Position numbers and translations under genes: made by a program. A stretch of DNA of 54,572 bases from a virus (lineage: Duplodnaviria > Caudoviricetes): IMG/VR virus record IMGVR_UViG_3300005662_000054, positions 1-54,572 of that record, one strand, 5' to 3'. The number at the start of each line of letters is the position of its first letter. The stretch's first letter is position 1. The notes below the pieces were generated by a model. It searched no databases. It saw only the letters and a program-made list of their open reading frames with translations, and was not told the origin of the DNA. Positions 37,954-47,590 of this stretch are shown in pieces.

Positions 37954-40900
37954 ATGGCAGTTTTAAAAGCGTTAGAAGTTAAAGTAATTAATAGTACAAA
38001 AATTCAAGCTAAATTTAGCTTAAATTTAGATTTATTAATTAATACTTCAAACGTTTCTATTGTTTCTAATTTACAAAATATTCCCAATCCAGAAGTATTA
38101 AAAGTTAATGTTGTTAATGATCGCTTAGATATACTTACCAGACCTTTATTTCCATATGTACAATATTATATAATTTTTAAGTCTTCTTCTACTTCTGATT
38201 TTAAATCCATTAATGGCGTATTTCTCATTGATGATGAAAGGCTTAATAAGTTTTTAATTTTAGGTCCAGAAGATTCAAGCAATACATTAAGAGATTATTT
38301 AATTGATCAGCTTAAAGATGATCCTTATAATTTAGATTATGGCACAATTTCTAGAGACATAGTAAATGCCAATGCTAATTTTTTAGCTCGTGGGCTCTAT
38401 GATATTAAACAATTAAGAAACGATAACTATTTAAGTAGAACAATTTTTGATGAATTAAAGACTCGTGGACCAGGACCAACTGATAGGCTTTCTGAGGAAG
38501 GTACCTATGAAATAATTAAAGTTTCTAAAAATTTAAATAATAAATTATTTTCTGATACTATTTCTTATACTGAATTTCCTTATTTTCCAATAACTCTTCA
38601 AAAAGTTAAAATTAATTCTGAAAAATTAATACCAGGTACAATCAAATCAACTTTTGAAGGCTTGAAATTAAATTTGTCTCGTAATTTGGTTACTTCTGTA
38701 TCTTCTATTACTATTAAATATTTTAATGGAAATATATATAATTATAATATTCCAGCTTTAGGCTATCAGATTAAAGATAATAGATACGATCCTGAGTTTG
38801 CATCTTCTTATATGGAACTTGAAACTAATCAAATATTATTATCTTCTAAAGTTTTAGAAGATGATAATTTTAAAGTTCCCGTGGCAAATGATTATATATT
38901 AGTGTCATATGAGTTTAAAGATTTAGGAAAGATTGTTTCTGAAGATACTTTAGAAGTTTATAAAATTTCTGAAATAATTAGAGAAGTTGTCCCTCCTATT
39001 TTTACAGTGTTTTCATTGCCTCACTATCCAATAGTTGATGAGCAGGGGAATGTTCCCAGCTTATCTGGTGTAGAGTTTTTGGACCCGCAATCTAATCCTC
39101 CCTTTTCTGCGGCTCATCCTGCATTTATTAAAGAGTTAGTATTTAAACTTGATGGCTTGCCAAAAGCAAAGGGAGAATATTGTGTAGATTATAACACCGG
39201 TACCGTTTATGTGTATGGTGCAGAAACTAATGATGGAACTGGAGACTTTCCTCCCGTAGCCTCTTATTTGTATAAAAATTCATATGTTAAAGATTTAGAT
39301 TATATTTATGACAGCGACACTTATGAATTAGTGCGGTCTCCTTTAAGATACCTTGAAGGAGATGAAGGTATTGTTAAATTTTCTTATGAAAAAACTTTAG
39401 TTCCTGACATCGACTTTATACCGCAAGTACATAAAGAGCAACTAGAAGAAAGAGTTGAGAATAGATTTACTTCTACATCTTCTTTTACTGTAAAAAATTC
39501 TCCTATTACTAATGTTTTTAGAATTTATAATGAAACTACTGGTGAGATTTATAATATAGATCGTTATTCTTTTAATTCTGTATATTTTACCTCTACTAAT
39601 TCTCCTAGAGTTCTAAAAACAACTAGAGAGAGAGTTAATTTTTCAAATATAGATAATGAGCAACTTATAGTTAATGAAGAATTAACTAATTTGGCTAGTG
39701 TTAGAATATTTAAAATAAATTTACAAAATAATAGAATAGTTTCCGCTTCCGAGGATTCAACTGGTTCAGCCTTTAATAGCTCTACAAATTTTAGTCGCAC
39801 GGATATTTTTGAAAAAGAATTATATTATGATTATATTTCTTTAGATGAGTTTAATAATATTAATAAATTATCTATTGGTCAATATTTAATTAATTATAAT
39901 GATGGTATCGTTTATGTTGCCGTAGATTCAAATAGTCCATATGATGTTGGAACTATTTCTTATAAGAAATCATTTATCTCTACGCAAAATAAGCATATTT
40001 TAACCGTTGGAAAGCTATATTATAGCACATCTCCAAATATAGTGTATAAAGATGTGCAATATAGCAGCTTTACAGATAGCGAAATACTACCTCAAACTTT
40101 CGAAGTTTCTGATGAAAGATTTTTAAATAATAATGACTTATTTCCTTATGTAGTGTCCTCTAACACTATTACCGTTACAGATGATATTAGTTTTGTAAGA
40201 GGGGTATATGATCTTTATGATTTAAATAATAATGTTAATTATATTAATTTTGGAGAAAATGCAACTTATTCCAATAATATAATTACTTTAATTCCTATTA
40301 CTCAAGTTTCTGATTCTTTAGTTGCCTCTGGATTAGTAGTTTCTGTTCCATATGTGTCTCCTGGCGCAGAAATACATGAAGTCACATCAATAATTAGAAA
40401 ATCTGATAATTTAGAATTATTTGATGGATTGGCTACTGTTTCCGGATACAACATTACGTTATCGGGTGTTAATTCTCCCGTTGTAGGAGATGAAGTTATT
40501 GTATTCTATTCTCTTAAAATGAATGGTTCTGCAACTCCAATTGTAGATTATGCAAGAGGAGAGTATTATGTTGATTACGAATATGTTGCCGATGAAGTTA
40601 TCGTAAGTTATGAATACGGTGATAATTGCTTAGATTTTTCACAGTCTGGCTCCTTAAATCAAGGAGAACAATATTATGTAACTTATAAAGTTGGAGCCCT
40701 TAGAGATTCTCTATTGAAGAATTTCGGATCTTTAGTTAATATTCCAATATTAAATGATTTTGATGTCTCTCTTGATAGAGAAAGATATCGTGATGCTTTA
40801 AGAGGCGCTTTACAATCTTTTACTAAAGGTCCAACACTGCCTTCAATGAAATCTTTGGTAGAGTTTATAACTCATATTAAACCAGAGATTATTGAAGCAG

Positions 40901-43900
40901 CCTTTGAAAATTGGAATTTAAATACTGGTCACTTATATTCAAATCAAATTAATACTACTGGTGATTTATTATTGGTCACTGGAAAATTTGATAATGGTGT
41001 TTTAATAGAAAATTCTAATGAATCTATTACAATGCCAGTAACTAGCAATTTAAAATTAGAAGAAGGCACTTTGGAACTGTGGACTATCCCAAAGTGGAAT
41101 GGACTAGACAATGATGCAGCTTTAACTTTTCAAGTTTTAAAAGATGGATATGTTTTGCCTAGTAGTTCAATTTATATTGGATCAACTGGAAAGCATCCAA
41201 CATTTGACTTAAATAATAAATTTTTAGTATCTAAAAGCGAAGAAACTACAGGTTTGCCAGTAGCCATTTATACAAATACTGGTGCTTTTATTTTCTATGA
41301 CGATATTGAATCTCAATGGAAATTCTTAGTCAGAGAAAAAGTTGCAGACGGATATGTTTTCTCAGGCACTATTGAAACCAGTGGAAACTTTTATCACGTA
41401 GATTTTATTGATGGTCTTGGCGAAATTAATGATAAATTAAAAACAAAAAATAAAACAATTCAATTTGTTTTTAACATTGACGCTCAAGATGAGCTTTATC
41501 CTGATGGATATAAAGACGGATATTCTGTTGATGGATATTTGGATGGTTATTTAGACGGATACTATCCTTTGGATGGATATTCCCCAGGATATTCATTTGA
41601 TGGAATTAGATTCATGTCAGATGAAGAACATTATTTATTTGACTTTGGTAAAGAAGAATTTAAAAATAGATTCTCCTTATTTAAGGATGGTTCTGGTTAT
41701 CTTACATTTAGAGTCTTTGATAATGGCGCTTATGATAGAATTAATAAATATTCTTTAAGTGCAGATATTTCCAACTGGAAATCAGGAGAGGCTCATCATG
41801 TAGCCGTTTCTTGGAAGCTAGGAACTAAAGATAAATCAGATGAAATGCACTTATTTATTGATGGTATAGAAGTTCCAAATATTATAAAATATGGCGGAAG
41901 ACCAGTTTCTAATTTAACAGATAGATTTAGAACAGTTGTTCCAGAGTACGTGCTAGGAACAATTACTAAAAAAATAATTGAAGGCAATGATTTAGTTACA
42001 AACGGTACAAATTTAGTGTACTCAAATACAATTGATTTTGCCTCTCAAGGAATTGTTCCTGGAGACATATTAGAAATCAATGAGTTGGGTCTTGGTTCTT
42101 ATACTATTGCAGCCGTATCTTCCAACTATTTAACTTTGTCTTCTATAGTTCCAAGCACTTTAACAGATGCAAAGTTCTCTGTTAATCCATATTCTGTAGT
42201 TGTCTCTTCTGAAATTGATTTATATAAAAACTTTACCGTTTCTTTACTTAGAAGCGGAGAAGAGATTGAGCTTCCAGGACTAAGAGCTGATTTTCCAGGA
42301 TACGAAATTAGCAAGAACTTTTTAAATCAAAATATTTTAACTATTTTAGGTGATGCGGAAATTGGAGACCAAATATTTATTAGAACTTTAGGTTTGAATT
42401 TCCGAAGAGCCAGAGAAAGAGTTTATGTCTGGGGCAATAATTCTCATATTTTGAAAACTCAAATTCCTTCTCCTATTAATTTAGATGAAGTTAAAGTTTT
42501 CCCAGTAATTCTACCTAGTGTTGCAATTGGACCATCTAATTCTACTTATTCTTTGGGCTTGTTTAATTTTACTACAACCGATGTCAGCCAAACCTCTTCA
42601 TCTACTGAAGGTAGGAGCTTAGCTGTTAAAGTACTTTCTGGAAACGTAGATTTTAGCACTCCAGTTACTGTAACCATTTATGGTAATACTGACTCTACTC
42701 CAGATGAAACTTTAACATTTAATGCAGCAGGAACTCAGTATACCGCTAAAAAATTTCAAACTATCACTTCCATTGATGCAGCGGTCAAGCCTTTTAATTC
42801 ATCTAAAAACTCTGCAGTAATTGAAATTAAAGAGCGATACACCATTACTTATCCTGAAGGCAACTCTATATTCCCAGTTATTAGATACTCTTATAAAACT
42901 CAAACTGGAAATACTTTATTTGGTACAATAGGCACGACTACGGTTTCAGATACCAATGGCTACTTTATAGGATCTAACATTGGTCAATCATTAATAATTA
43001 ATTCTCCTCCTTCTGTTGCAGGATCTTATCAAATTATAGCTCGAAACTCTGATACCAGCATAGAAATAAGTCCTGCTTTACCAGCTACTTTCTCTAATGG
43101 CTCTTACGATATTTTCAATACAAATATTGGAAGATCAGGTTTTGCCAATGGATTCTTTACTTTTGAAACGGCAGGTCAGGTAAATGTTCCTTATGTTTTA
43201 AAACAAGGATTCTACGACTTTGATTATTCCGTTAATTTAGAAGTTGCGTTTGATCCTTTAACTGAAGAACTAATTCACATTGGGTCAAGCATTTTAAAAC
43301 AAAATCAAGCATCTGCAATTATTGATGAACTTAGAATTTTATCTAAAATGTTAACTGATGTTAGAGTTGGAGAAACTTTAGCACAAGGAACGGAAAGTAT
43401 TACCGTAGATGCTGCAAAAATTAGACCGTTTAGAAAAAACAGTGACACTTTGGCATTGTTGCATTTTGATGAAGTGCCATTTGTTAACGACTCTGATTAT
43501 TGGGTAACTGCTGACAAAGCCTATATTCAAACAGATAATGGCGTAAATAGTAATTTTGGCAAAGCTTTAGTTATCAAAGACAGACCTTTAGCATATGATA
43601 ATTTAGGATATTTATTTACTAACCTTGAAGGTACCATTGAATTTTGGGTATCTCCTATGTTTGATACTGCTAACGATCCTAATTATAGATTTTATTTTGA
43701 CGCAGCAGCTTTAATAACCGAAGAGCTAGTTTCTATTTCCAAAGGAACGATAAAATTAAATAATAGAGCTTCTTCAATTCAATCAATTTACGTTGAAGGT
43801 GATAAAAAGAATTATGCCTCAGGTGCAGTGATTCAATCAGACTTTAAAACAGTCAGATTAAATACGGCTCTGCCTTATCAAAAAACACCTATAAAAGTTA

Positions 43901-44625
43901 CTTATGTCCAAGTTGGAACTTCTGGTGATAGAATCTCAATTTATAAAGATCCTGAAGGTTATATTAATTTAAATGTTAGAGCATCTGGAAACGATTATCA
44001 GGTAAGACAACCTGTATTGTGGGCTCGAAATTCTTGGCATAGAATAAAAGCTACATATAAATTTAACCAGCCCAACAATCAAGATGAAATACGCTTGTTT
44101 GTAGATGGGGAGGAAAGAGGCACAGTTAGATTTGGTTCTGGATTATTATTTGGTGCTGGAATTGTTTTCGGTCAAGGATTTGCTGGAGTTGATAATTCTA
44201 AATTAACTGCAGATATGAATTTCTTAGATGTTATAACAAAATTCTATATTGGCTCTGATATTAGCTCTGTTAATTTGGCAAAAGCAAGAATAGACAATTT
44301 CAAAATTTCTAATGCTATTCAGCCTTTCTATACTGTTGCTGGACAGGAAAAGGACATTAATTATAACTCTAATATTGAGACTGTTTTGCCAGTGGTAGAA
44401 GATTTATACACTACTTTTATGTTGAATTTTGATAAAATATATTCTAGAAATCAAGAATGGGCTTTATTAAGAGATAAATATTTTGGAATCTATAATTTTA
44501 CAATTAAAATAATAGACTCATTTGATATAGTTTCTGAGAGTGATAAGGTAAAACAAATATTAGAAACTTTAATTGATATTTTAAAACCTGCTCAATCTAA
44601 AGTTACTCTGGAATATTTGGCTTAA
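37954..44625 (+). CDS. Giant baseplate wedge (gpI/gp7-like) protein with two LamG/ConA-like domains (2223 aa)
   Basis: ERYRDAL....SFTKGPT..SM and terminal ILKPAQSKV (KPAH-like); LamG motifs EGTLELW/HHVAVSW/LFIDG/IDELRI and EGTIEFW/WHRI/LFVDG/IDNFKIS; eight DGY. Confidence 0.65.
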   Translation: MAVLKALEVKVINSTKIQAKFSLNLDLLINTSNVSIVSNLQNIPNPEVLKVNVVNDRLDILTRPLFPYVQYYIIFKSSSTSDFKSINGVFLIDDERLNKFLILGPEDSSNTLRDYLIDQLKDDPYNLDYGTISRDIVNANANFLARGLYDIKQLRNDNYLSRTIFDELKTRGPGPTDRLSEEGTYEIIKVSKNLNNKLFSDTISYTEFPYFPITLQKVKINSEKLIPGTIKSTFEGLKLNLSRNLVTSVSSITIKYFNGNIYNYNIPALGYQIKDNRYDPEFASSYMELETNQILLSSKVLEDDNFKVPVANDYILVSYEFKDLGKIVSEDTLEVYKISEIIREVVPPIFTVFSLPHYPIVDEQGNVPSLSGVEFLDPQSNPPFSAAHPAFIKELVFKLDGLPKAKGEYCVDYNTGTVYVYGAETNDGTGDFPPVASYLYKNSYVKDLDYIYDSDTYELVRSPLRYLEGDEGIVKFSYEKTLVPDIDFIPQVHKEQLEERVENRFTSTSSFTVKNSPITNVFRIYNETTGEIYNIDRYSFNSVYFTSTNSPRVLKTTRERVNFSNIDNEQLIVNEELTNLASVRIFKINLQNNRIVSASEDSTGSAFNSSTNFSRTDIFEKELYYDYISLDEFNNINKLSIGQYLINYNDGIVYVAVDSNSPYDVGTISYKKSFISTQNKHILTVGKLYYSTSPNIVYKDVQYSSFTDSEILPQTFEVSDERFLNNNDLFPYVVSSNTITVTDDISFVRGVYDLYDLNNNVNYINFGENATYSNNIITLIPITQVSDSLVASGLVVSVPYVSPGAEIHEVTSIIRKSDNLELFDGLATVSGYNITLSGVNSPVVGDEVIVFYSLKMNGSATPIVDYARGEYYVDYEYVADEVIVSYEYGDNCLDFSQSGSLNQGEQYYVTYKVGALRDSLLKNFGSLVNIPILNDFDVSLDRERYRDALRGALQSFTKGPTLPSMKSLVEFITHIKPEIIEAAFENWNLNTGHLYSNQINTTGDLLLVTGKFDNGVLIENSNESITMPVTSNLKLEEGTLELWTIPKWNGLDNDAALTFQVLKDGYVLPSSSIYIGSTGKHPTFDLNNKFLVSKSEETTGLPVAIYTNTGAFIFYDDIESQWKFLVREKVADGYVFSGTIETSGNFYHVDFIDGLGEINDKLKTKNKTIQFVFNIDAQDELYPDGYKDGYSVDGYLDGYLDGYYPLDGYSPGYSFDGIRFMSDEEHYLFDFGKEEFKNRFSLFKDGSGYLTFRVFDNGAYDRINKYSLSADISNWKSGEAHHVAVSWKLGTKDKSDEMHLFIDGIEVPNIIKYGGRPVSNLTDRFRTVVPEYVLGTITKKIIEGNDLVTNGTNLVYSNTIDFASQGIVPGDILEINELGLGSYTIAAVSSNYLTLSSIVPSTLTDAKFSVNPYSVVVSSEIDLYKNFTVSLLRSGEEIELPGLRADFPGYEISKNFLNQNILTILGDAEIGDQIFIRTLGLNFRRARERVYVWGNNSHILKTQIPSPINLDEVKVFPVILPSVAIGPSNSTYSLGLFNFTTTDVSQTSSSTEGRSLAVKVLSGNVDFSTPVTVTIYGNTDSTPDETLTFNAAGTQYTAKKFQTITSIDAAVKPFNSSKNSAVIEIKERYTITYPEGNSIFPVIRYSYKTQTGNTLFGTIGTTTVSDTNGYFIGSNIGQSLIINSPPSVAGSYQIIARNSDTSIEISPALPATFSNGSYDIFNTNIGRSGFANGFFTFETAGQVNVPYVLKQGFYDFDYSVNLEVAFDPLTEELIHIGSSILKQNQASAIIDELRILSKMLTDVRVGETLAQGTESITVDAAKIRPFRKNSDTLALLHFDEVPFVNDSDYWVTADKAYIQTDNGVNSNFGKALVIKDRPLAYDNLGYLFTNLEGTIEFWVSPMFDTANDPNYRFYFDAAALITEELVSISKGTIKLNNRASSIQSIYVEGDKKNYASGAVIQSDFKTVRLNTALPYQKTPIKVTYVQVGTSGDRISIYKDPEGYINLNVRASGNDYQVRQPVLWARNSWHRIKATYKFNQPNNQDEIRLFVDGEERGTVRFGSGLLFGAGIVFGQGFAGVDNSKLTADMNFLDVITKFYIGSDISSVNLAKARIDNFKISNAIQPFYTVAGQEKDINYNSNIETVLPVVEDLYTTFMLNFDKIYSRNQEWALLRDKYFGIYNFTIKIIDSFDIVSESDKVKQILETLIDILKPAQSKVTLEYLA
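41503..41592 (+). repeat. In-frame tandem DGY peptide repeat
   Basis: Encodes DGYKDGYSVDGYLDGYLDGYYPLDGYSPGY; codons vary (gat/gac, gga/ggt, tat/tac). Confidence 0.9.
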
Positions 44626-44647
44626 ACTACTTTTACGACATAAAAAC

Positions 44648-47569
44648 ATGACTAAAAGAATAGAAGTTTCCGCTTTGCAAAATTTATTTAGAGACGCCCA
44701 ACGTGTATCTAAAGAAGATTTAGACACAGAGCAAAACTATAATAACAAAATACAATCTTCTATAATTAACAATCATTTTGGTTCTGGAGTTTTATTGGAA
44801 AATCCAGTTCCAGTAATTCTTTTTGATTCTGATGTTTTAACTTCTGTTCAAGCCAGCTTATTAAGTACTGGTAATTTTGATGGAACTGGACTTTCCCCTC
44901 ATCTACAGCCATCCGATATCAATCTCGGAAATCAATTAGAAGTTGAAATTACTGATTCTTCTGCAGTTGGAAGATTCTCTGCAAAAGTAGCTATAATTGG
45001 ATTATCTTTTGATGATACTTTGCAAATTGATCGCTTTTATTTTTATAAAAATGAAACTCAAGTAACTGCAAATCACTACAAAAGAATTTTAGCAATTTTA
45101 ACCAATGATTTCAAAGGCAATAATAATTGCTCTAGAAATTTAGGTGGTAGATTAGTTGTTAGAGAAGCTAGATCTTTCCAAGTATCTCGTGATCCAATAA
45201 TGATATCTCAAGATGTAGAGCCTGATTTATTTTGGAGAGATTTTAAAATCGCAAATCCCACTTCTACTCTCCAAGCTGTATTGCAAACTGCAATAGGACC
45301 AGAGTACAATGTTGACTCTTTAAATATTAATACTACTGGAAGACCTAATAGAGTTTTAAATACCAACGATGTTTCTTCTCATGTTGGTCAAAAATTTATT
45401 GCTAAAACAGACAATGTTCAAAAAATTACATTATTAATGGGTGCTTCTGGAGACGAATCTGTTCTAGAAGAAAATAAATATGACTGGTCCGGTTCTTTGG
45501 TTGTTAGCGTTTATGCTCTTCAAACAACGGTCTCATGTCCAACGGATATTATTCCTGCTTTGGCAATTGACTTTGAACCTCAGTCAGAGCCATTAGTTCA
45601 ATTTGCTTTCGACCAAATTGATTTAAGAGAAATTGGTTATGTTTTAACAGATACATTGCAACCTGTTGATATTGTATTTTCTTCTTCTAAAATTGGCATT
45701 CCAAATGGTTTAAAATTAGGTAATTATTATGCCTTTACCGTTAAAAGAACAGGTGATGCATCTGTTGGTTCTATTTTATTTGGCTCTGGAAATGATAGAA
45801 CAGAAGATTCAAAATTAACTTTATATAGTGGTTCTGGATGGGTTGATGTTTCAGAAGAAGACTTGTGGTATCAAGTTTGGACGGATGCCGTTAAAATTTC
45901 AGACGGTCAAGGATATGACGCTGGGCAAGGAATAGTTATTCCTAAAACTACTGTTGACACCTTATCGGGCGCTACAATAGACAATAAAGAAAAATACTAT
46001 TCTTTCAATGACACTGGTTTTAATATTTTAAATATTGGTGTTATTCAAGCTGTAACAGAAGCTAGTGTAATAGAGCAAGATGAGCGCACTGGTAATGATA
46101 CTTTTTCCAGAAAGCAATTTGTTCCTAGTCTAAGTTTAGTATCCGAAACTGAGTTACAAACTTTACAAAATACTTCGGATCCATTAATTGTAGCTGTGGC
46201 TAAAGATCTTAATCCTAAAAAGAATCCTTTATTATCAAAATCTCAAAATTTTATAGGTCTAGCTAAAGGAAATACTTTTTGTATTATTAATCCTGACCCA
46301 GATTTAATTACTAACAATTTAGTTGGTTCTACTTTAATTCCAAATAGCTTATCAAGTAATAAATATAAAGTTGTTAAAACCAATTTGTGTACAGATGGTT
46401 ATGGCGATGTAAACGGTGATGGAGTTATAGACGACAGCGATATAACTTTAATTTCCACTTTAATTGGAGAAAGTCTTTATTTTTCATCTACTCAGCAAAA
46501 AATTGTTGATGGTTACATTAACACTTTAGATTTGTTAAGAGCCGATTTGGACGGAGACGGTTACATTACATCTAATGATGCCGATCTTCTTTCATTGTAT
46601 GTAAATAAAAATATAAATTCTTTTCCAGTAGGAACTTCATTTACTCATATTTGCTTAGAGGTTCAGCCTTTAATTGGTCGTTATGATGGTTACTTTGACT
46701 GTGGTGACGGTTATATTAGAGTAGACGGCTCTTCTTTGAATTTGGTGCCTGCCTCGTCTTTAACTCCTTCTGAGTTAATATATGACGGATATTATATTCC
46801 ATCTACTTTGGAGCTGGACCCTGCATTTACTACAGTTCCATTTAATGGTGTTACATATCAAGTTGTGCCTAAGCCATTTTGGCAAGACTGGTTTATTAGC
46901 TTATCATCAGAGGCGAGACTTGTCCCAGCTGCATTTACTTATATGGAAAATCTTGAAAGTTTTTCATGTAATCCAGTTGCAGAAACTGTATGCGAAGAAA
47001 GATTTGCAGAAGCGCCAACAATAGAAATTGGTAGAAATGATTTCTTTATTCCAAATAATCTATTAATTGGTCGTGGTCAAATATTAAATCCAGATGGAAG
47101 TCATTTTAAACAAGACGTTGAAGTTGCAACTATTGAATTGAGATTGCCACAAATTCCATTAAATGAATCAAGTATTAATATTTATGAAAAATTTGTTGTA
47201 GATGTGGGCGGTGGCAAGACTGCAGCAGGATTCCCTGCAATGAAATATTCTGATTGTTCTTTTGTTAAAATAGAAGATATTGTTTTAAACAGAGTGAAAT
47301 TCAATGTTGCAGTTCAATCTTTTTATAAGAATCTAGATGGCTATGATGCTGATTTGGATGGCTACGTGGTAATTGAAGATCCTACTATTGGAGCCTACAT
47401 TGATCATGCGACTGGAATTTTGACTTTAAATGCTCAAGATTTAGCAGAAGACAATGTGTACTTATCCTTGGTTACAAAGCTCACTATTACAGTGTATTTA
47501 AAGAAGGCAGGCTGGAATAATCAGCATTTAGTAATTACTTCTGATGTTCTTCAAGGTCTACTTTCTTGA
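44648..47569 (+). CDS. Putative virion structural protein with a type I dockerin-like (paired EF-hand) domain
   Basis: GDVNGDGVIDDSDITLI...RADLDGDGYITSNDADLLSLYV...INSFP at about 46400-46627; N-terminal Q.VSKEDL..EQ.Y resembles fibre-attachment starts; eight DGY. Confidence 0.65.
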   Translation: MTKRIEVSALQNLFRDAQRVSKEDLDTEQNYNNKIQSSIINNHFGSGVLLENPVPVILFDSDVLTSVQASLLSTGNFDGTGLSPHLQPSDINLGNQLEVEITDSSAVGRFSAKVAIIGLSFDDTLQIDRFYFYKNETQVTANHYKRILAILTNDFKGNNNCSRNLGGRLVVREARSFQVSRDPIMISQDVEPDLFWRDFKIANPTSTLQAVLQTAIGPEYNVDSLNINTTGRPNRVLNTNDVSSHVGQKFIAKTDNVQKITLLMGASGDESVLEENKYDWSGSLVVSVYALQTTVSCPTDIIPALAIDFEPQSEPLVQFAFDQIDLREIGYVLTDTLQPVDIVFSSSKIGIPNGLKLGNYYAFTVKRTGDASVGSILFGSGNDRTEDSKLTLYSGSGWVDVSEEDLWYQVWTDAVKISDGQGYDAGQGIVIPKTTVDTLSGATIDNKEKYYSFNDTGFNILNIGVIQAVTEASVIEQDERTGNDTFSRKQFVPSLSLVSETELQTLQNTSDPLIVAVAKDLNPKKNPLLSKSQNFIGLAKGNTFCIINPDPDLITNNLVGSTLIPNSLSSNKYKVVKTNLCTDGYGDVNGDGVIDDSDITLISTLIGESLYFSSTQQKIVDGYINTLDLLRADLDGDGYITSNDADLLSLYVNKNINSFPVGTSFTHICLEVQPLIGRYDGYFDCGDGYIRVDGSSLNLVPASSLTPSELIYDGYYIPSTLELDPAFTTVPFNGVTYQVVPKPFWQDWFISLSSEARLVPAAFTYMENLESFSCNPVAETVCEERFAEAPTIEIGRNDFFIPNNLLIGRGQILNPDGSHFKQDVEVATIELRLPQIPLNESSINIYEKFVVDVGGGKTAAGFPAMKYSDCSFVKIEDIVLNRVKFNVAVQSFYKNLDGYDADLDGYVVIEDPTIGAYIDHATGILTLNAQDLAEDNVYLSLVTKLTITVYLKKAGWNNQHLVITSDVLQGLLS

Positions 47570-47590
47570 TTGCCTGTTATAGAATGACTC

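Noticed and set aside
15193-44625. Extracellular contractile injection system (eCIS/tailocin) instead of a phage
   Set aside because: A G/GT frameshift chaperone, neck-like genes, homing endonuclease remnants and large spikes are present, and no Afp15-like AAA ATPase is seen. The capsid genes probably lie outside the window, so this is not fully excluded.
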